NCBI GenBank assembly: GCA_024672315.1
Contig: GCA_024672315.1_4714.1
Reading direction: 5' to 3' (one strand)
DNA length: 64,000 nucleotides
DNA from: a phage
The notes below the pieces were generated by a model. That model saw only the letters and a list, made by a program, of their open reading frames with translations. It did not search any database and was not told where the DNA came from. A program made the translations under genes and the position numbers. This document shows, one piece after another, positions 17,775 through 28,511 of the stretch; the stretch's first letter is position 1; the number at the start of each line of letters is the position of its first letter.

Positions 17775-20006
17775 TTAGAAAAAACCGCCCGGACGGTATT
17801 GACCCATCGTCATCCACGCATTACGAGAAATATTCCGTTCATTCGAAGAGCGGCTTATTTGACGATAAGTATTCGCTCGTTCCTCCCTTGCTTTCGTGAT
17901 CATCGCATCAATAGAAACAGCCGCTGAATCCTCCCCACGTATTTTTCCTTTATACGTAAGAAGCTCTGCCTCCAATCGATCCAAGATAAGGCCGTTGGTT
18001 TCGGTCTTAAGCAACTCATAAATTTCAGCAACGCGCTGACGTAGCTTCGCTTGCTGTTGGTTAAGATACGCTTCATACGGATCGATTTCACCCGTCACAG
18101 ATGCCGGTAAACGACTCATGACTTTAAGCGGATCGATACCGTAATGAATCTGTTTCTTAGCACGCTTGATGAACCACATCGCTAACATCCAGGCGAACGT
18201 CATGTCATCATGCATTCCATCCTGGTGATCGACACGCCCATCTTTGATAACCAATCCAAGGATCTCGGAACACAACATCTTGTCGCGTAATTGCCCGCGA
18301 GTTTCTACAATACCTTCCATCAAGATGTCGGAATACAACTCCATACGTTTGCGTGCATCCGTTGTGAAGCCCAAATGCCGTTTACGTTGAGCGTACCAAC
18401 TTTCATCACGCATGCTCAATGGCAGTTTCAGGTCTTCGAACATCGCTGGGTTATCAGCATGTCTGTCCACAATCGTGTTGTATACACGTTTGAACACGTC
18501 GATGCCCGCTTGTCTCAGGAACTCTTCAATTGCGTCTAACAACATGATTGCACTGCTTTTACGTTCAGGAATCAACGTAACGTTCTTAAAACGCATCATG
18601 AAGTTGGCCATCCAACGAGCAAAAGAAAGCAGGCTCAGTTTATTAAAACGTCCTGTCGCAACAACTTCTGCTGTTTCCACATCCACCATCACCAAACCGA
18701 TAGCGTCACGACCTATCGCATCACTGGTATCTAAACCAGCAACCACCTTATTGTTCTGCATGTATGTCTCGATTTGACCTCGAGGTATATACCAGTTAAT
18801 GCAGTAGCCTTCAGGTGAGATCTCGATATGGTCGATTTCACGTTGTCCCGCCATGATCATCTCAACCATCTCAGCGGTTAACGGACTTTCTGCTGAACCG
18901 TTGGTCCAAATGTTCATGTAGTCGCGGTCTTTCTGAAGTTTATCACCTTCCGTTTCGTTCATGGTTTTTGCTAACCATTCGTCACTGAAGCCCAGCTGAG
19001 CATGGTTCCATTGTGCCCCGATCCTGACGGTCGCTTTGCTGAGCTCGCACGGTACGTTGTTCAATACCGTCTGATGCAGATGCTTTTCGTTACGGCAGTC
19101 AAAGAAACTTTCAGAGAACGGCGCTGAACGCATGAAAACTTCATAAGCCCATTTACCTTCACGTTTATCCAATTCACCTGCCGTTGTCGTATAGATGATA
19201 CTTGTCAGGTCGCCGTTGCTTAATGCTTCGTCACGTGCTGCACCCATCGCACCGATACCAGCAGGAACAATGATTTCGATGTATTTCGTAAACGCGGTTT
19301 CGTCGCTGTGGAATAGCGGGGTTGTTAGACCACGACCGATGTTTGTTGCTTGTTTCTTATCCGAACGCGGAATCTTTACCGATAACTTGTTCTTAAACCG
19401 CGTGTAGGTTACGTTCTCTTTGTTCGATGAATCGCGACTATCCAGCGTCCAGAGATATGCAGGCAACAGATCGCGTATACTACGCACGTCTTCTACCGTT
19501 TTCGTACGGGCATCACCGTCTTTTGTTAACTGAATAACCTCGGTGTTTCGACTACGAACATAGGTTAGATAACAGAACAATCCTAACATGGTCATGGATT
19601 TACCGGTCTGACGTATCTGTATCTGATACCAGTTCGTTCGGGTAAATATCCCCCAAAGCATCGGAATGTTACCACGGTTAGCACGGAATGAAATTTTGTT
19701 ATCGCCCGCTTTAGCCGGAACACGCATCACTTCACGGAAGAAGTACCACGGATTAAGATAGCATTCCGCACTGATCATCTGAATCTGTTCTGACGTCAAA
19801 TTCGGTGCGTGGGGATCAACGCCAATCAATCTTGGGTTTAATAACGCCATGAAAAACGCAGAGTTCCGGACACCGAATTCACGACGATACAAGATCGCTA
19901 AATCACGCCAACTTGTGTTTGTTGTTTCCCAGTGTGGAACAGCCTGAGGAAAATAATCCCAATCTTCCTCAAACAGGATGATTTTCTTCGGATCAACAAT
20001 CGACAT
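17775..20006 (-). CDS. Terminase large subunit candidate (743 aa)
   Basis: Walker A-like IRQTGKSM motif near residue 130 (compare T4 gp17 RQLGKT), a Walker B-like LFHSDE and a plausible C-terminal nuclease region; ATG at 20006 preceded by GGAGGAG. Confidence 0.55.
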   Translation of the reverse strand: MSIVDPKKIILFEEDWDYFPQAVPHWETTNTSWRDLAILYRREFGVRNSAFFMALLNPRLIGVDPHAPNLTSEQIQMISAECYLNPWYFFREVMRVPAKAGDNKISFRANRGNIPMLWGIFTRTNWYQIQIRQTGKSMTMLGLFCYLTYVRSRNTEVIQLTKDGDARTKTVEDVRSIRDLLPAYLWTLDSRDSSNKENVTYTRFKNKLSVKIPRSDKKQATNIGRGLTTPLFHSDETAFTKYIEIIVPAGIGAMGAARDEALSNGDLTSIIYTTTAGELDKREGKWAYEVFMRSAPFSESFFDCRNEKHLHQTVLNNVPCELSKATVRIGAQWNHAQLGFSDEWLAKTMNETEGDKLQKDRDYMNIWTNGSAESPLTAEMVEMIMAGQREIDHIEISPEGYCINWYIPRGQIETYMQNNKVVAGLDTSDAIGRDAIGLVMVDVETAEVVATGRFNKLSLLSFARWMANFMMRFKNVTLIPERKSSAIMLLDAIEEFLRQAGIDVFKRVYNTIVDRHADNPAMFEDLKLPLSMRDESWYAQRKRHLGFTTDARKRMELYSDILMEGIVETRGQLRDKMLCSEILGLVIKDGRVDHQDGMHDDMTFAWMLAMWFIKRAKKQIHYGIDPLKVMSRLPASVTGEIDPYEAYLNQQQAKLRQRVAEIYELLKTETNGLILDRLEAELLTYKGKIRGEDSAAVSIDAMITKAREERANTYRQISRSSNERNISRNAWMTMGQYRPGGFF

Positions 20007-20018
20007 ATAAACTCCTCC

Positions 20019-20045
20019 GATGGAGGGTGCCCAGCACCCTCCATC
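20019..20045 (-). promoter_or_regulatory. Perfect 11-bp hairpin immediately upstream of the terminase RBS
   Basis: GATGGAGGGTG-cccag-CACCCTCCATC located between the stop of gene 20057-21796 and the terminase start; candidate terminator or translational control structure. Confidence 0.4.
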
Positions 20046-20056
20046 GTTGTATTACC

Positions 20057-21796
20057 TTATGCGACTTTACTAATAACGACTGCTGTGATACCGAGATGTA
20101 GGTCGACGCCATTCTGTACTTTAATCCAACGGATATACAGGTTAGCGTTATCCTGTCCCGTACCACCTGGGACGTTATTGTTCCTATTCCATTGCGAGAT
20201 TTCGAAACGTTTCTGCACGTTAGGACCAACCATGATTTCAAAGTGGGTCGGTTCTGGTGCTTTCGATTCCGTTTTCTCAAGATAGAGCGGATGCGTCGGG
20301 TAGTAAAGCTGCTTCAACCATTCACCCAGATCTGAGTGTTTGTTCGTCAAGTCAACATACGCGTTACCAGCAACATCGTAAGTAAACAACGCTTTCGTGT
20401 TACGACCGTACACATCCGTTGTCGTCGGCGTTGTTTGCGAGCTGAACGTTACTGTCCAGTAGTCACCGGATGTTGCCGAACCTGCTTGCAGTAGCGTCAT
20501 TCGAATAGTCTGCGTATGACGTACGCGCTTGTAAACGGTAGGATCGACTTCATCTAACCAGATGTTGTACGCAAATTCCTGAGGTTGTCCGTATTTCTTC
20601 GGATTAAACTCAGGACTGTTCAGTGCCAATTGTACTTTATCGGTTACGTTGTAGTATCGCTCACGGTCAACGTTGTACAACCAGAATACCAGCTCATATC
20701 CCACCGCATCAGATACCCATTGCGGATAGCAGAACAGTTTAACACTGTATGCCCCTTTCGCTTCTTTAGAAACAACGGTATAAGGGACACTAATATGTTT
20801 CACTGCACCAGGTAACGCGTAGGACGTGTCCTCATCGTCGTCCAGGTAGTAGTGTAACGCCAGCGGATGTTTGCTGTTGATGACCTGGGACGTGAAGACG
20901 TTAAGGCCGTCCAACACAACCTTGTTACCAGTAACCGGCCATTGTTTAATGGAGCCGTCACTGTAGGTGACTTCAGCCTGAAGGTCAACGGAGTCCAGGT
21001 TGACGTTGATCGGTAACTCGAGTAGTTTGGTATCGCTGCTGCTCAACCACGTTGACTTCAGTCGTACCCCGTCTTCCAGAATATATTTAATACCCTGGTC
21101 TGGGGTGCGTACATAGTCAGTGATACGAACGATCATGCGTTTCATGGATAGCGGCTGCGGACCGTCACCATAACCTACTACCATCACCTGCTCAAAATCT
21201 TCGACCGGCTTGATGCAGTAACCTTCGCGGGGTGCCCAGATAGCTTTATTCGTTCCGTCTTTGTAAGCGATAAGCTGGCACGGAATGAAATCGCTAATCT
21301 TATTCCCGCTGTTATCATACATCGCACTGATGATTTCGCCTTTGGCGCTAATATCAGAACCGCGGAACACCGCGATACGTCGAATATCCGAGCCGTGTAG
21401 ATGGAAACGACGATCGATGTTCATTGTAGCAGGGATCGTGTTCGTATTAATCAATACACGCCATGTGTCGTATGACCACGTAGGATCAATACCTTCGAAG
21501 GTTGTCGTCCCATCACCCTGGCCGTCGAACGGAGCAGACAGCTGACCGATAAGTTTAAGGGTACTTAGTTTAGTGCGATCGTCTACGGCGATAACGCGGT
21601 ACACCGCATTCGTATCCCAGTCTTCAACTTTATCATCCACGTTGGGAACGTAAAGTTTCCAGTCTTCTTCAACGCCATTATAGATCTCTTTATACGCATA
21701 GGTGGTATAGCGTCTGTCGAGATCCTGAATAGCGAGTTTATCCGGATGCTGTTGTGCATAAAGCACCGGATTGGTAATCTCTCTTCCCATTATCAC
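20057..21796 (-). CDS. Hypothetical protein, probable virion protein (579 aa)
   Basis: Long ORF tightly coupled to the upstream 864-aa ORF. Confidence 0.6.
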   Translation of the reverse strand: MIMGREITNPVLYAQQHPDKLAIQDLDRRYTTYAYKEIYNGVEEDWKLYVPNVDDKVEDWDTNAVYRVIAVDDRTKLSTLKLIGQLSAPFDGQGDGTTTFEGIDPTWSYDTWRVLINTNTIPATMNIDRRFHLHGSDIRRIAVFRGSDISAKGEIISAMYDNSGNKISDFIPCQLIAYKDGTNKAIWAPREGYCIKPVEDFEQVMVVGYGDGPQPLSMKRMIVRITDYVRTPDQGIKYILEDGVRLKSTWLSSSDTKLLELPINVNLDSVDLQAEVTYSDGSIKQWPVTGNKVVLDGLNVFTSQVINSKHPLALHYYLDDDEDTSYALPGAVKHISVPYTVVSKEAKGAYSVKLFCYPQWVSDAVGYELVFWLYNVDRERYYNVTDKVQLALNSPEFNPKKYGQPQEFAYNIWLDEVDPTVYKRVRHTQTIRMTLLQAGSATSGDYWTVTFSSQTTPTTTDVYGRNTKALFTYDVAGNAYVDLTNKHSDLGEWLKQLYYPTHPLYLEKTESKAPEPTHFEIMVGPNVQKRFEISQWNRNNNVPGGTGQDNANLYIRWIKVQNGVDLHLGITAVVISKVA

Positions 21797-24387
21797 TCAC
21801 CTTTGATTGTGTAAAACTTCGTGAAGTCCACGCGATCTTTCAAGAACTCACGACTGACGCGTTCTAAGAACCGCAGTTGTTTAACCGTAACTTCAAGCGG
21901 CGTCCAACTGTCGTGTGGATGAATAGAGACCATCCGCCAATCGTAATTACGTAACGCAGGATCGTAGTCATAGAACCATTTATACGGCTCCATGAAATCC
22001 ATCAGTTTAACGTCCTGCATGTCAGGATCGGGATCGATAACACCATTGATAAGATCGTACGTTACCGCCATCAACGTTGGGCTGATAAGCTGGTATTTGT
22101 TTTCAATCGTTACCGGCGTATCGTACTTCACACGAGGGAAATACAAGGACATATAGTCTTCAACGCGTTTATCGGTTTCAAGACTTTTGTCGCGTAGATA
22201 ATACGTGTCTGTGTTCACGAGACCGCGGATAGGGGCAATAACGTGGTAAATCGCATAAGGTACCCCATCGTTGACTTTGATGTCGGCAGGGTATTGCGTG
22301 TCCTCTGCGGTAACCACTTCGCTACGATCGTAAATACGTCCACCAACCACAATACGAACAACGTGATCGTCACGAACATTAAACACATCGTCGTAAGAAA
22401 GCTGATTATGCATCGTCCAACCGGTATCGTAAACGGTTTCACCGGTTAAGTCCGTACGCGGAAAACCGGTGCATCTCACGGTAACCGTGTGTGTGTTCCC
22501 TTCACTGAAATAACGTTTCGCGTTGATCACGATCGTTGGCCATTTTACGATATAGTCGATATCGCGTACCAAGCTGTAGCTTTTGGTTGCTCGCTCGTCA
22601 CCTAACCACACTTCGATTTGACCAGGTTCGAAAGGCAGCGGATATTCAACATCAATACCTGTCGTAACATCCAACCATACGGTGTGGTTACGATGTTGTA
22701 CTGTGGTCTTATACGCTAAGAAGTAGGTGTCGAACAATACTAAACCGGTTTGCTTTCTTCCATCCAACGACCATTTTATCACCCCGTTCTCTTCCGTTAC
22801 CACAGAAGCATCGTCGGTAACATCCTTCCATGTGTTCGCAACAGGTTGTCCGTTACGAAGGTTTACGCTATAGCAACGGTAGCTTGCCCATTCACGGATT
22901 GGGACGTCGGCAACACCCATTACGTAATCAAGCGTTCTCCCACCAACACCCGATCGACCCTCAACATAGGACGTGGTTTCATATTGCGGATAAAAATGTC
23001 GACCTGCCGGATGTTGCGTGATACCCAATAATAGACCGTCACTGTCGTACTCGAAAAACGTCGCATTTGCACGCAAACCCCACGGTACTTCAGCAGTAGG
23101 TGTACCCATATCGTCAGTAACGCGTTGTGGACTATCTGCAACCAGTTTCGCCATCGCGTTATACCCGTAAGCGGAGGTCACCATGTCGATCGTGATATTG
23201 CTTTCCTTATTACGCATGATGCGTGTATAATCACTGGCTTCAAGCGTACGTGCAAAGAACTCAGGTATATTAGCGTTCTGTTCTAACATCGCACCGACGA
23301 TGACGTCGTCTGGAAGTTTATACAACTCGTGGATGCGGTTATGTTCAAAGGTTAACTGCGTTTTCAAACCGCTATCACGGACAACCACTTCCAGGGTTAA
23401 ATCACGAAGCGATTCTGCGCCATCAATCCGTTCAACGAAGTAGCTGACATAATCAACAGGAATCCCGTAATCACGATGCGTGAGCATGCGGATACTATTT
23501 TCCTGGTTGGTGTGGTAATAACGTCCTTTTCCGTTAGGGCCTTTCACGTAGATATCAACGTCATCACGATACCGGATCTTGGTATCCACTTCATCTTTCG
23601 GTGGATGAATAAGATACTTCACTTTTTTGTCCAGATCGCTATTGTACGTTTTAAGATCTTCTACACGGAAGCTGTACCGATGAACAACCGTACCGTCATA
23701 GACGACCTGAATGCTATCACCAATCTTAAAACTTGACGGCGGAATGTCTTCAACCGCTTCACCGTTGATGCTGCAGTGCGTCCAGCCGATACCGGTTTCC
23801 TGGATCTTTTTACGCCAGGCGTATAGCTGGCGCTGCCACTGCAGAACCTGTGTCGAGCTGGTTACGATCCCCCCAAGGACATGCACTTCACGCCCCGTCG
23901 GTTTCGTGTATGATGGATAGCCTTCCGCGAAGTCAGCGTTGAGATAAGTGCGCCAGTAATAATCACCAACGCCAAGGTCAGCGATATTCGGTTGGTCTAG
24001 CACACAGACCAGCATCGTTTCGTTTTCCAGATTACCCGTCCACGTTAATGTCAACGGGAATTCTTTACCGTCCTCGGTATAGATATTGTAATACGATCCC
24101 TTCACTTCACAGAACTTGCTGAGTTCTCGCCACCACAACCGCCCAGCCCCGACATTAAAATCCTCTCCCATATGTCGTCCAATAACAAACACATGGAACG
24201 TATTCGTATCGTCAGGAAGATTGAATGTACGATGCCAAGCCGTAAAGTTTTTTACTGCGCCGGTCTTTCCGGTAATACGACGCATCTTGATACGATGCTG
24301 GTTGTCCATTAATGGACGACAGTTCACATTCAGCGCAGCATGATTTATCAAGTATTGCGCTGTAGGATTAGAAGCGTTCAACACCAC
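21793..24387 (-). CDS. Hypothetical protein, probable virion protein (864 aa)
   Basis: Long ORF; no motifs recognised. Confidence 0.65.
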   Translation of the reverse strand: MVLNASNPTAQYLINHAALNVNCRPLMDNQHRIKMRRITGKTGAVKNFTAWHRTFNLPDDTNTFHVFVIGRHMGEDFNVGAGRLWWRELSKFCEVKGSYYNIYTEDGKEFPLTLTWTGNLENETMLVCVLDQPNIADLGVGDYYWRTYLNADFAEGYPSYTKPTGREVHVLGGIVTSSTQVLQWQRQLYAWRKKIQETGIGWTHCSINGEAVEDIPPSSFKIGDSIQVVYDGTVVHRYSFRVEDLKTYNSDLDKKVKYLIHPPKDEVDTKIRYRDDVDIYVKGPNGKGRYYHTNQENSIRMLTHRDYGIPVDYVSYFVERIDGAESLRDLTLEVVVRDSGLKTQLTFEHNRIHELYKLPDDVIVGAMLEQNANIPEFFARTLEASDYTRIMRNKESNITIDMVTSAYGYNAMAKLVADSPQRVTDDMGTPTAEVPWGLRANATFFEYDSDGLLLGITQHPAGRHFYPQYETTSYVEGRSGVGGRTLDYVMGVADVPIREWASYRCYSVNLRNGQPVANTWKDVTDDASVVTEENGVIKWSLDGRKQTGLVLFDTYFLAYKTTVQHRNHTVWLDVTTGIDVEYPLPFEPGQIEVWLGDERATKSYSLVRDIDYIVKWPTIVINAKRYFSEGNTHTVTVRCTGFPRTDLTGETVYDTGWTMHNQLSYDDVFNVRDDHVVRIVVGGRIYDRSEVVTAEDTQYPADIKVNDGVPYAIYHVIAPIRGLVNTDTYYLRDKSLETDKRVEDYMSLYFPRVKYDTPVTIENKYQLISPTLMAVTYDLINGVIDPDPDMQDVKLMDFMEPYKWFYDYDPALRNYDWRMVSIHPHDSWTPLEVTVKQLRFLERVSREFLKDRVDFTKFYTIKGE

Positions 24388-25315
24388 GGCATGCCTCCAG
24401 GAGGTATTTCATGTTGGCTTGGAAATCATTGACGTCACGCGCCATACGACGCTGATCCGCCATGAGACGAGCCAACACGGTATCACGGTAACCACGATCG
24501 TGGTCGGCAGCAGAGCATAAAAGAATAAATGTTGGTGGATGCTCTAAAGCAATCCCAGCAACTTCTTTACTATAACCCCCAACCCAGCTGTAAGCGGTGA
24601 TTTCAAACAACAACGCTTGGGTTAACGTGTTCAAACGGGGACTAATATTACTTTCTTTTAATGCTGTTACGAAAGCTGCCATGTTAGGGATATAACCAAG
24701 GTTTTCGGTTACGATACCGATGCTCGCAAAATCGTAACGAAGCGTTGTCTGGATGGTGCGCACCATAGTTAGTCTTTCATTATTTGTAAGGCTATCTTTA
24801 AACAGGCAAAGATAATACCATGCTGTTATGATGGCAACATCACGACGTTGTTGAAGGTCCAACCCTAAACGCTGTGTGATTTGTCCGCTAATCCAATCAC
24901 AAAAGACACGCATCGGGATAGGGCCAAGACGTTCAAAAGGACGTGTGCCCAAGGATTCCCATCCTACCTGAAGATACGCACGTGATTGAAGAAAGTTATA
25001 TTCACGTTCGTTAACAACGGTAGTACGCGATCCTGGGCGTGAAGTATCTGTTGGGGTGCGCGCGTAGGCGCGTTGGTCGATAACAACGCGCTGTCCGTCC
25101 ATCACTGTTTTAATAACCAACGGATGGCCGAAAGAAGGGATATCGTCCAACGTATTTTTGTTGCCGATGACTTCGAGAACGGGAGTGTTTACGCCACTTT
25201 CTTCACCGGGTGCACTTAACAATCCGCCGACGTAAGCAACTTCGATAGCGGTTCGGATACGGTCAATGCCTTTTAGTTTTGTTCCAACAGTTGTGTCGTA
25301 AGGAGAGATGAACAT
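24368..25315 (-). CDS. Hypothetical protein (315 aa)
   Basis: ATG at 25315 preceded by the TATATGCCGTAAT element. Confidence 0.6.
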   Translation of the reverse strand: MFISPYDTTVGTKLKGIDRIRTAIEVAYVGGLLSAPGEESGVNTPVLEVIGNKNTLDDIPSFGHPLVIKTVMDGQRVVIDQRAYARTPTDTSRPGSRTTVVNEREYNFLQSRAYLQVGWESLGTRPFERLGPIPMRVFCDWISGQITQRLGLDLQQRRDVAIITAWYYLCLFKDSLTNNERLTMVRTIQTTLRYDFASIGIVTENLGYIPNMAAFVTALKESNISPRLNTLTQALLFEITAYSWVGGYSKEVAGIALEHPPTFILLCSAADHDRGYRDTVLARLMADQRRMARDVNDFQANMKYLLEACRGVERF

Positions 25316-25330
25316 ATGTAATTCCTTTAT

Positions 25331-25343
25331 TACGGCATATAAG
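25331..25343 (-). promoter_or_regulatory. TATATGCCGTAAT element (late-promoter-like) without an adjacent hairpin
   Basis: Same TATGCCG core as the hairpin-associated copies, about 20 nt upstream of the ATG at 25315. Confidence 0.35.
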
Positions 25344-25388
25344 AAAACGGGTTAAGCACACAGATTTACGCATAATTGTAATATTTTA

Positions 25389-25401
25389 CGTTATGCCTAT
25401 G
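25389..25401 (+). promoter_or_regulatory. CGTTATGCCTATG element (late-promoter-like) upstream of the 690-aa gene
   Basis: T-rich tract plus TATGCC about 55 nt upstream of the ATG at 25459. Confidence 0.35.
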
Positions 25402-25458
25402 ACATTGTGTCACGTGTGCAATTATGTCATACAATTTCCTTAAATTAAGGAGAGTTCC

Positions 25459-27531
25459 ATGAGGCTTAAGAATAGCACGCCTCGCGCGATTTTTACGGGC
25501 TTTAAAGAGGGTCTTACCACGGATCCGGTTACAGCCCCAGAGATCACGCCCATTCACCTCCCGTATGTTTTCATTCAGGGTGGTCGTGGTAAAGAGGACA
25601 CCTTGCTGTTAACAGGGGACGCCCTGTCTACAGTCTATGGTGAAGATATGCTGAACTACCGCAGTAAGTACGCTTCTCCGGCAACACTGATTGCTCGCCA
25701 GGCGGCTTCTACAGGTAGCGCGATCTTCACAAAACGTTTGGTTGCGCCGGATGCAACGGCAGCACGCATCCGTATCGGTGTTGAAGTGGTCGCCGATAAA
25801 CTGGTCGTTTACCAGCGTAACGCTGACGGGTCCTTTATGAAGGACACCGATGGCAACAAAATCCCTGACGGCGATAAAACCGTTGACGGGGTGAAAATGC
25901 GTTGGATTGTTAACCACGACAAAGATGCCGTAGCGCCTAACGCCTTCGGTAAAGATGAAGTGGTTATCGGACAAATGACCGCAGCTGATGGTACCCAGAG
26001 CAACTACTATCCTATTCTGGATGGAATGGTGAGCTGGCGTGGTGCTGAAGGGGACAACATCGGCTTACGTCTGGAAGCACCGACCGCGCTGAGCAGCAAC
26101 CCTACCCGTACCGATATCATCGAACGCATCGGTGCTTTCCTGTACCGCATTCAGTTCGTGGAACGTAAGTCTTCACGTACTGCGCCGACGGTCATTCGTA
26201 CGATCAGCGGCATGGAACAAGAAACCTTCGCGTTGCAGGAAGGTGTTATCCAGCCTGATGACGAAACCGATCTGTCCTTCGGTAAAGTGGTCGTTGATGC
26301 CTACGAGTATAATGAGACGGGTAACACCCCGATCTTTGCTCCGATGGATCAGATGCATCTTTATCAGAAGAACATCGATGAAGTCGTCAAGAAGCTGTAC
26401 GAATCTGAAAGCAAAGTTAACAAAGATCTGTTAACCGACGTTGAATTCGTCGAAGGTCAGATGAACATCTTCACCGGTGTCGATTACAACGGCATCCCTT
26501 ATCAAACCATCGAAGTTCTCGATGCGGATCAGGGCGGCGTCATCTTTGATGGTACCAGCACCTTCTACGCAATTGATGGTAGCGACGGTGACGTTGACTG
26601 GGATACCTTCGACGCGTTAGCGAAACAGCAGTTCGAATCGTTCGGCAGAATGGGCGAAGATCTGGAAGACATGGCTTTCTATCCGTTCTCCATCGTGTAT
26701 GACATTGGTTACAAAGTCGACACGAAGAAAGCGATGGCAAACGTCTTGTCTCTGCGTCCGGATGTCATGATCATTGCGTCAACCCATACCTGGAAGGGTG
26801 TGGAACTGAATGTCGATGAAGAAAGCTCCATGGGCGCAATGCTGCGTAACTACTATCGTCTGCATCCAGAAAGCGTGCTTTACAATACCCCAGCTTGCCG
26901 TGCTGCTGTATTCATGCAATACGGTGAAAGCATCGAAGCACCAAGCCTGGGTAAAGTTCCGTTGACGCTGGAAGTTGCTAATAAACTGGCAACTTACATG
27001 GGTGCTTCGGATGGTGTTATCCGTGGTACCCGCATCGATAACAACCCTGGTAACGTTGTCACAACGATGCGTAAAATCAACAAGACGTATCGTAACGCAA
27101 CGGTCCGTGATCGTGATTGGGAAAACGGCTTGAACTATGTTCAGACCTACAACCGTAATTCCAACTTCTTCCCGGCTTGGGGTACGATCTACAATAACGA
27201 CCGTTCGGTATGGCGTTCGTTGATCAACGTGATCATCGGTTGCGATCTGACTCGTGTCTGCTATCGTCTCTGGGCAGAAACCACCGGTACTACAGGAATG
27301 GATGAAACGCTGTTCCTGAAACTGATGGGCGAACGCTTCCTGGAATACACCACGGGCCGTTACAACGACCACGTGACTGTTAAGGGACGTTTCTACCTGG
27401 ATAAAGAAGACGGTTATAACGGCTTCAGCTATCACGGCGATATCAGCCTGATCGGCGATCCAGGCATGACCGTGGGTACGTTTACCATCACCGGGCTGCG
27501 TCGTAACACCGAAGCAGCAGAAGCGGCGTAA
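25459..27531 (+). CDS. Abundant late structural protein, candidate tail sheath (690 aa)
   Basis: Strong RBS (AAGGAGAG) and highly biased codon usage; the size and the immediately following ~33 kDa ORF resemble the sheath/tube pair of phiKZ-like myophages. Product assignment is by analogy, not by a recognised motif. Confidence 0.6.
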   Translation: MRLKNSTPRAIFTGFKEGLTTDPVTAPEITPIHLPYVFIQGGRGKEDTLLLTGDALSTVYGEDMLNYRSKYASPATLIARQAASTGSAIFTKRLVAPDATAARIRIGVEVVADKLVVYQRNADGSFMKDTDGNKIPDGDKTVDGVKMRWIVNHDKDAVAPNAFGKDEVVIGQMTAADGTQSNYYPILDGMVSWRGAEGDNIGLRLEAPTALSSNPTRTDIIERIGAFLYRIQFVERKSSRTAPTVIRTISGMEQETFALQEGVIQPDDETDLSFGKVVVDAYEYNETGNTPIFAPMDQMHLYQKNIDEVVKKLYESESKVNKDLLTDVEFVEGQMNIFTGVDYNGIPYQTIEVLDADQGGVIFDGTSTFYAIDGSDGDVDWDTFDALAKQQFESFGRMGEDLEDMAFYPFSIVYDIGYKVDTKKAMANVLSLRPDVMIIASTHTWKGVELNVDEESSMGAMLRNYYRLHPESVLYNTPACRAAVFMQYGESIEAPSLGKVPLTLEVANKLATYMGASDGVIRGTRIDNNPGNVVTTMRKINKTYRNATVRDRDWENGLNYVQTYNRNSNFFPAWGTIYNNDRSVWRSLINVIIGCDLTRVCYRLWAETTGTTGMDETLFLKLMGERFLEYTTGRYNDHVTVKGRFYLDKEDGYNGFSYHGDISLIGDPGMTVGTFTITGLRRNTEAAEAA

Positions 27532-27546
27532 TGAGAGGAGTCCATA

Positions 27547-28437
27547 ATGCGTCCTGATAATACCCTACTCGGTGAACAGGGTGTTGGTGCTCTTAGCAAC
27601 GCGGCTATGGTCGATATTCGTGCGGGTGCCCAAAACGGGTACATCAGCAATATCGGTACGTACGTTGCTAACGCCAACTACATTCCGAACCAAATGTTCT
27701 GTCTCCTGCTGGAGGCACCACGTGGTTTCAACTATCTGCCTAACCCGGATGTACAGATTGGTTATCTGAAGGCGTTGGTAGAAGAAGTTGCGCATTCGAT
27801 TACCGGTCTGCAACGCGGATTGGAAGTTGAATTCGTTAGCGTCCCGGTTTCTGGTTCCGGTGAAATCCAGGAAGAAGTCTCTGACGTTAAACGTCCTCGC
27901 TCTAACCCGACTTTCGGGATCTATGAGAAAGAAGGTCGTTCCGTTAGCTACTTCCTGGAACAATGGATCACGTATCTGTTGATGGATCCGGATGCCAAAT
28001 ATCCGATGTTGTCGTCTATCGTATCCACCGGTGGTCCAACCGACCTGCTGGCGGATTATCGTAGCGCAACAATGCTGTTCGTTGAGCCAGACCGTCAACA
28101 CAAGAAAGTGGTTAACGCCTGGCTGTGCACGAACATGATGCCTCACGGTACCGGTGACTGGACATCACGTCGTAACAAGAACGATGCGCCAAACGTGGTA
28201 GAATTGAGCATTCAGTTCACCGCGTTAACACAGACCAACTACGGCGTGCGTGCTTTTGCACAACGTCTGCTGGATAAGATGAACCTGCTTAAAGTGAACC
28301 CGGATTTCCGTCCGGCTTATCTGAGCGACATCGATCCGGCTGTGGCAGCGCAGAAGGTTGGCTACACCTTCGACTTTGATAACAACGATACCTTTGAGGT
28401 ACCGAATACTTATCAAAACGTAACACCTCGCGTGTAA
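27547..28437 (+). CDS. Abundant late structural protein, candidate tail tube (296 aa)
   Basis: RBS GAGGAG 6 nt upstream; biased codon usage; tightly coupled to the upstream gene. Confidence 0.55.
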   Translation: MRPDNTLLGEQGVGALSNAAMVDIRAGAQNGYISNIGTYVANANYIPNQMFCLLLEAPRGFNYLPNPDVQIGYLKALVEEVAHSITGLQRGLEVEFVSVPVSGSGEIQEEVSDVKRPRSNPTFGIYEKEGRSVSYFLEQWITYLLMDPDAKYPMLSSIVSTGGPTDLLADYRSATMLFVEPDRQHKKVVNAWLCTNMMPHGTGDWTSRRNKNDAPNVVELSIQFTALTQTNYGVRAFAQRLLDKMNLLKVNPDFRPAYLSDIDPAVAAQKVGYTFDFDNNDTFEVPNTYQNVTPRV

Positions 28438-28462
28438 CGTAAAAAAAAAGCATATTAACCTC

Positions 28463-28499
28463 CCTTCCTTCCCTAGCCGTCAAGGCCGGGGAAGGAAGG
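28463..28499. terminator. Perfect 11-bp hairpin CCTTCCTTCCC ... GGGAAGGAAGG followed by TTTATGG
   Basis: Between convergent genes (27547-28437 + and 28512-29051 -); preceded by an A9 run. Confidence 0.55.
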
Positions 28500-28511
28500 T
28501 TTATGGTTTAT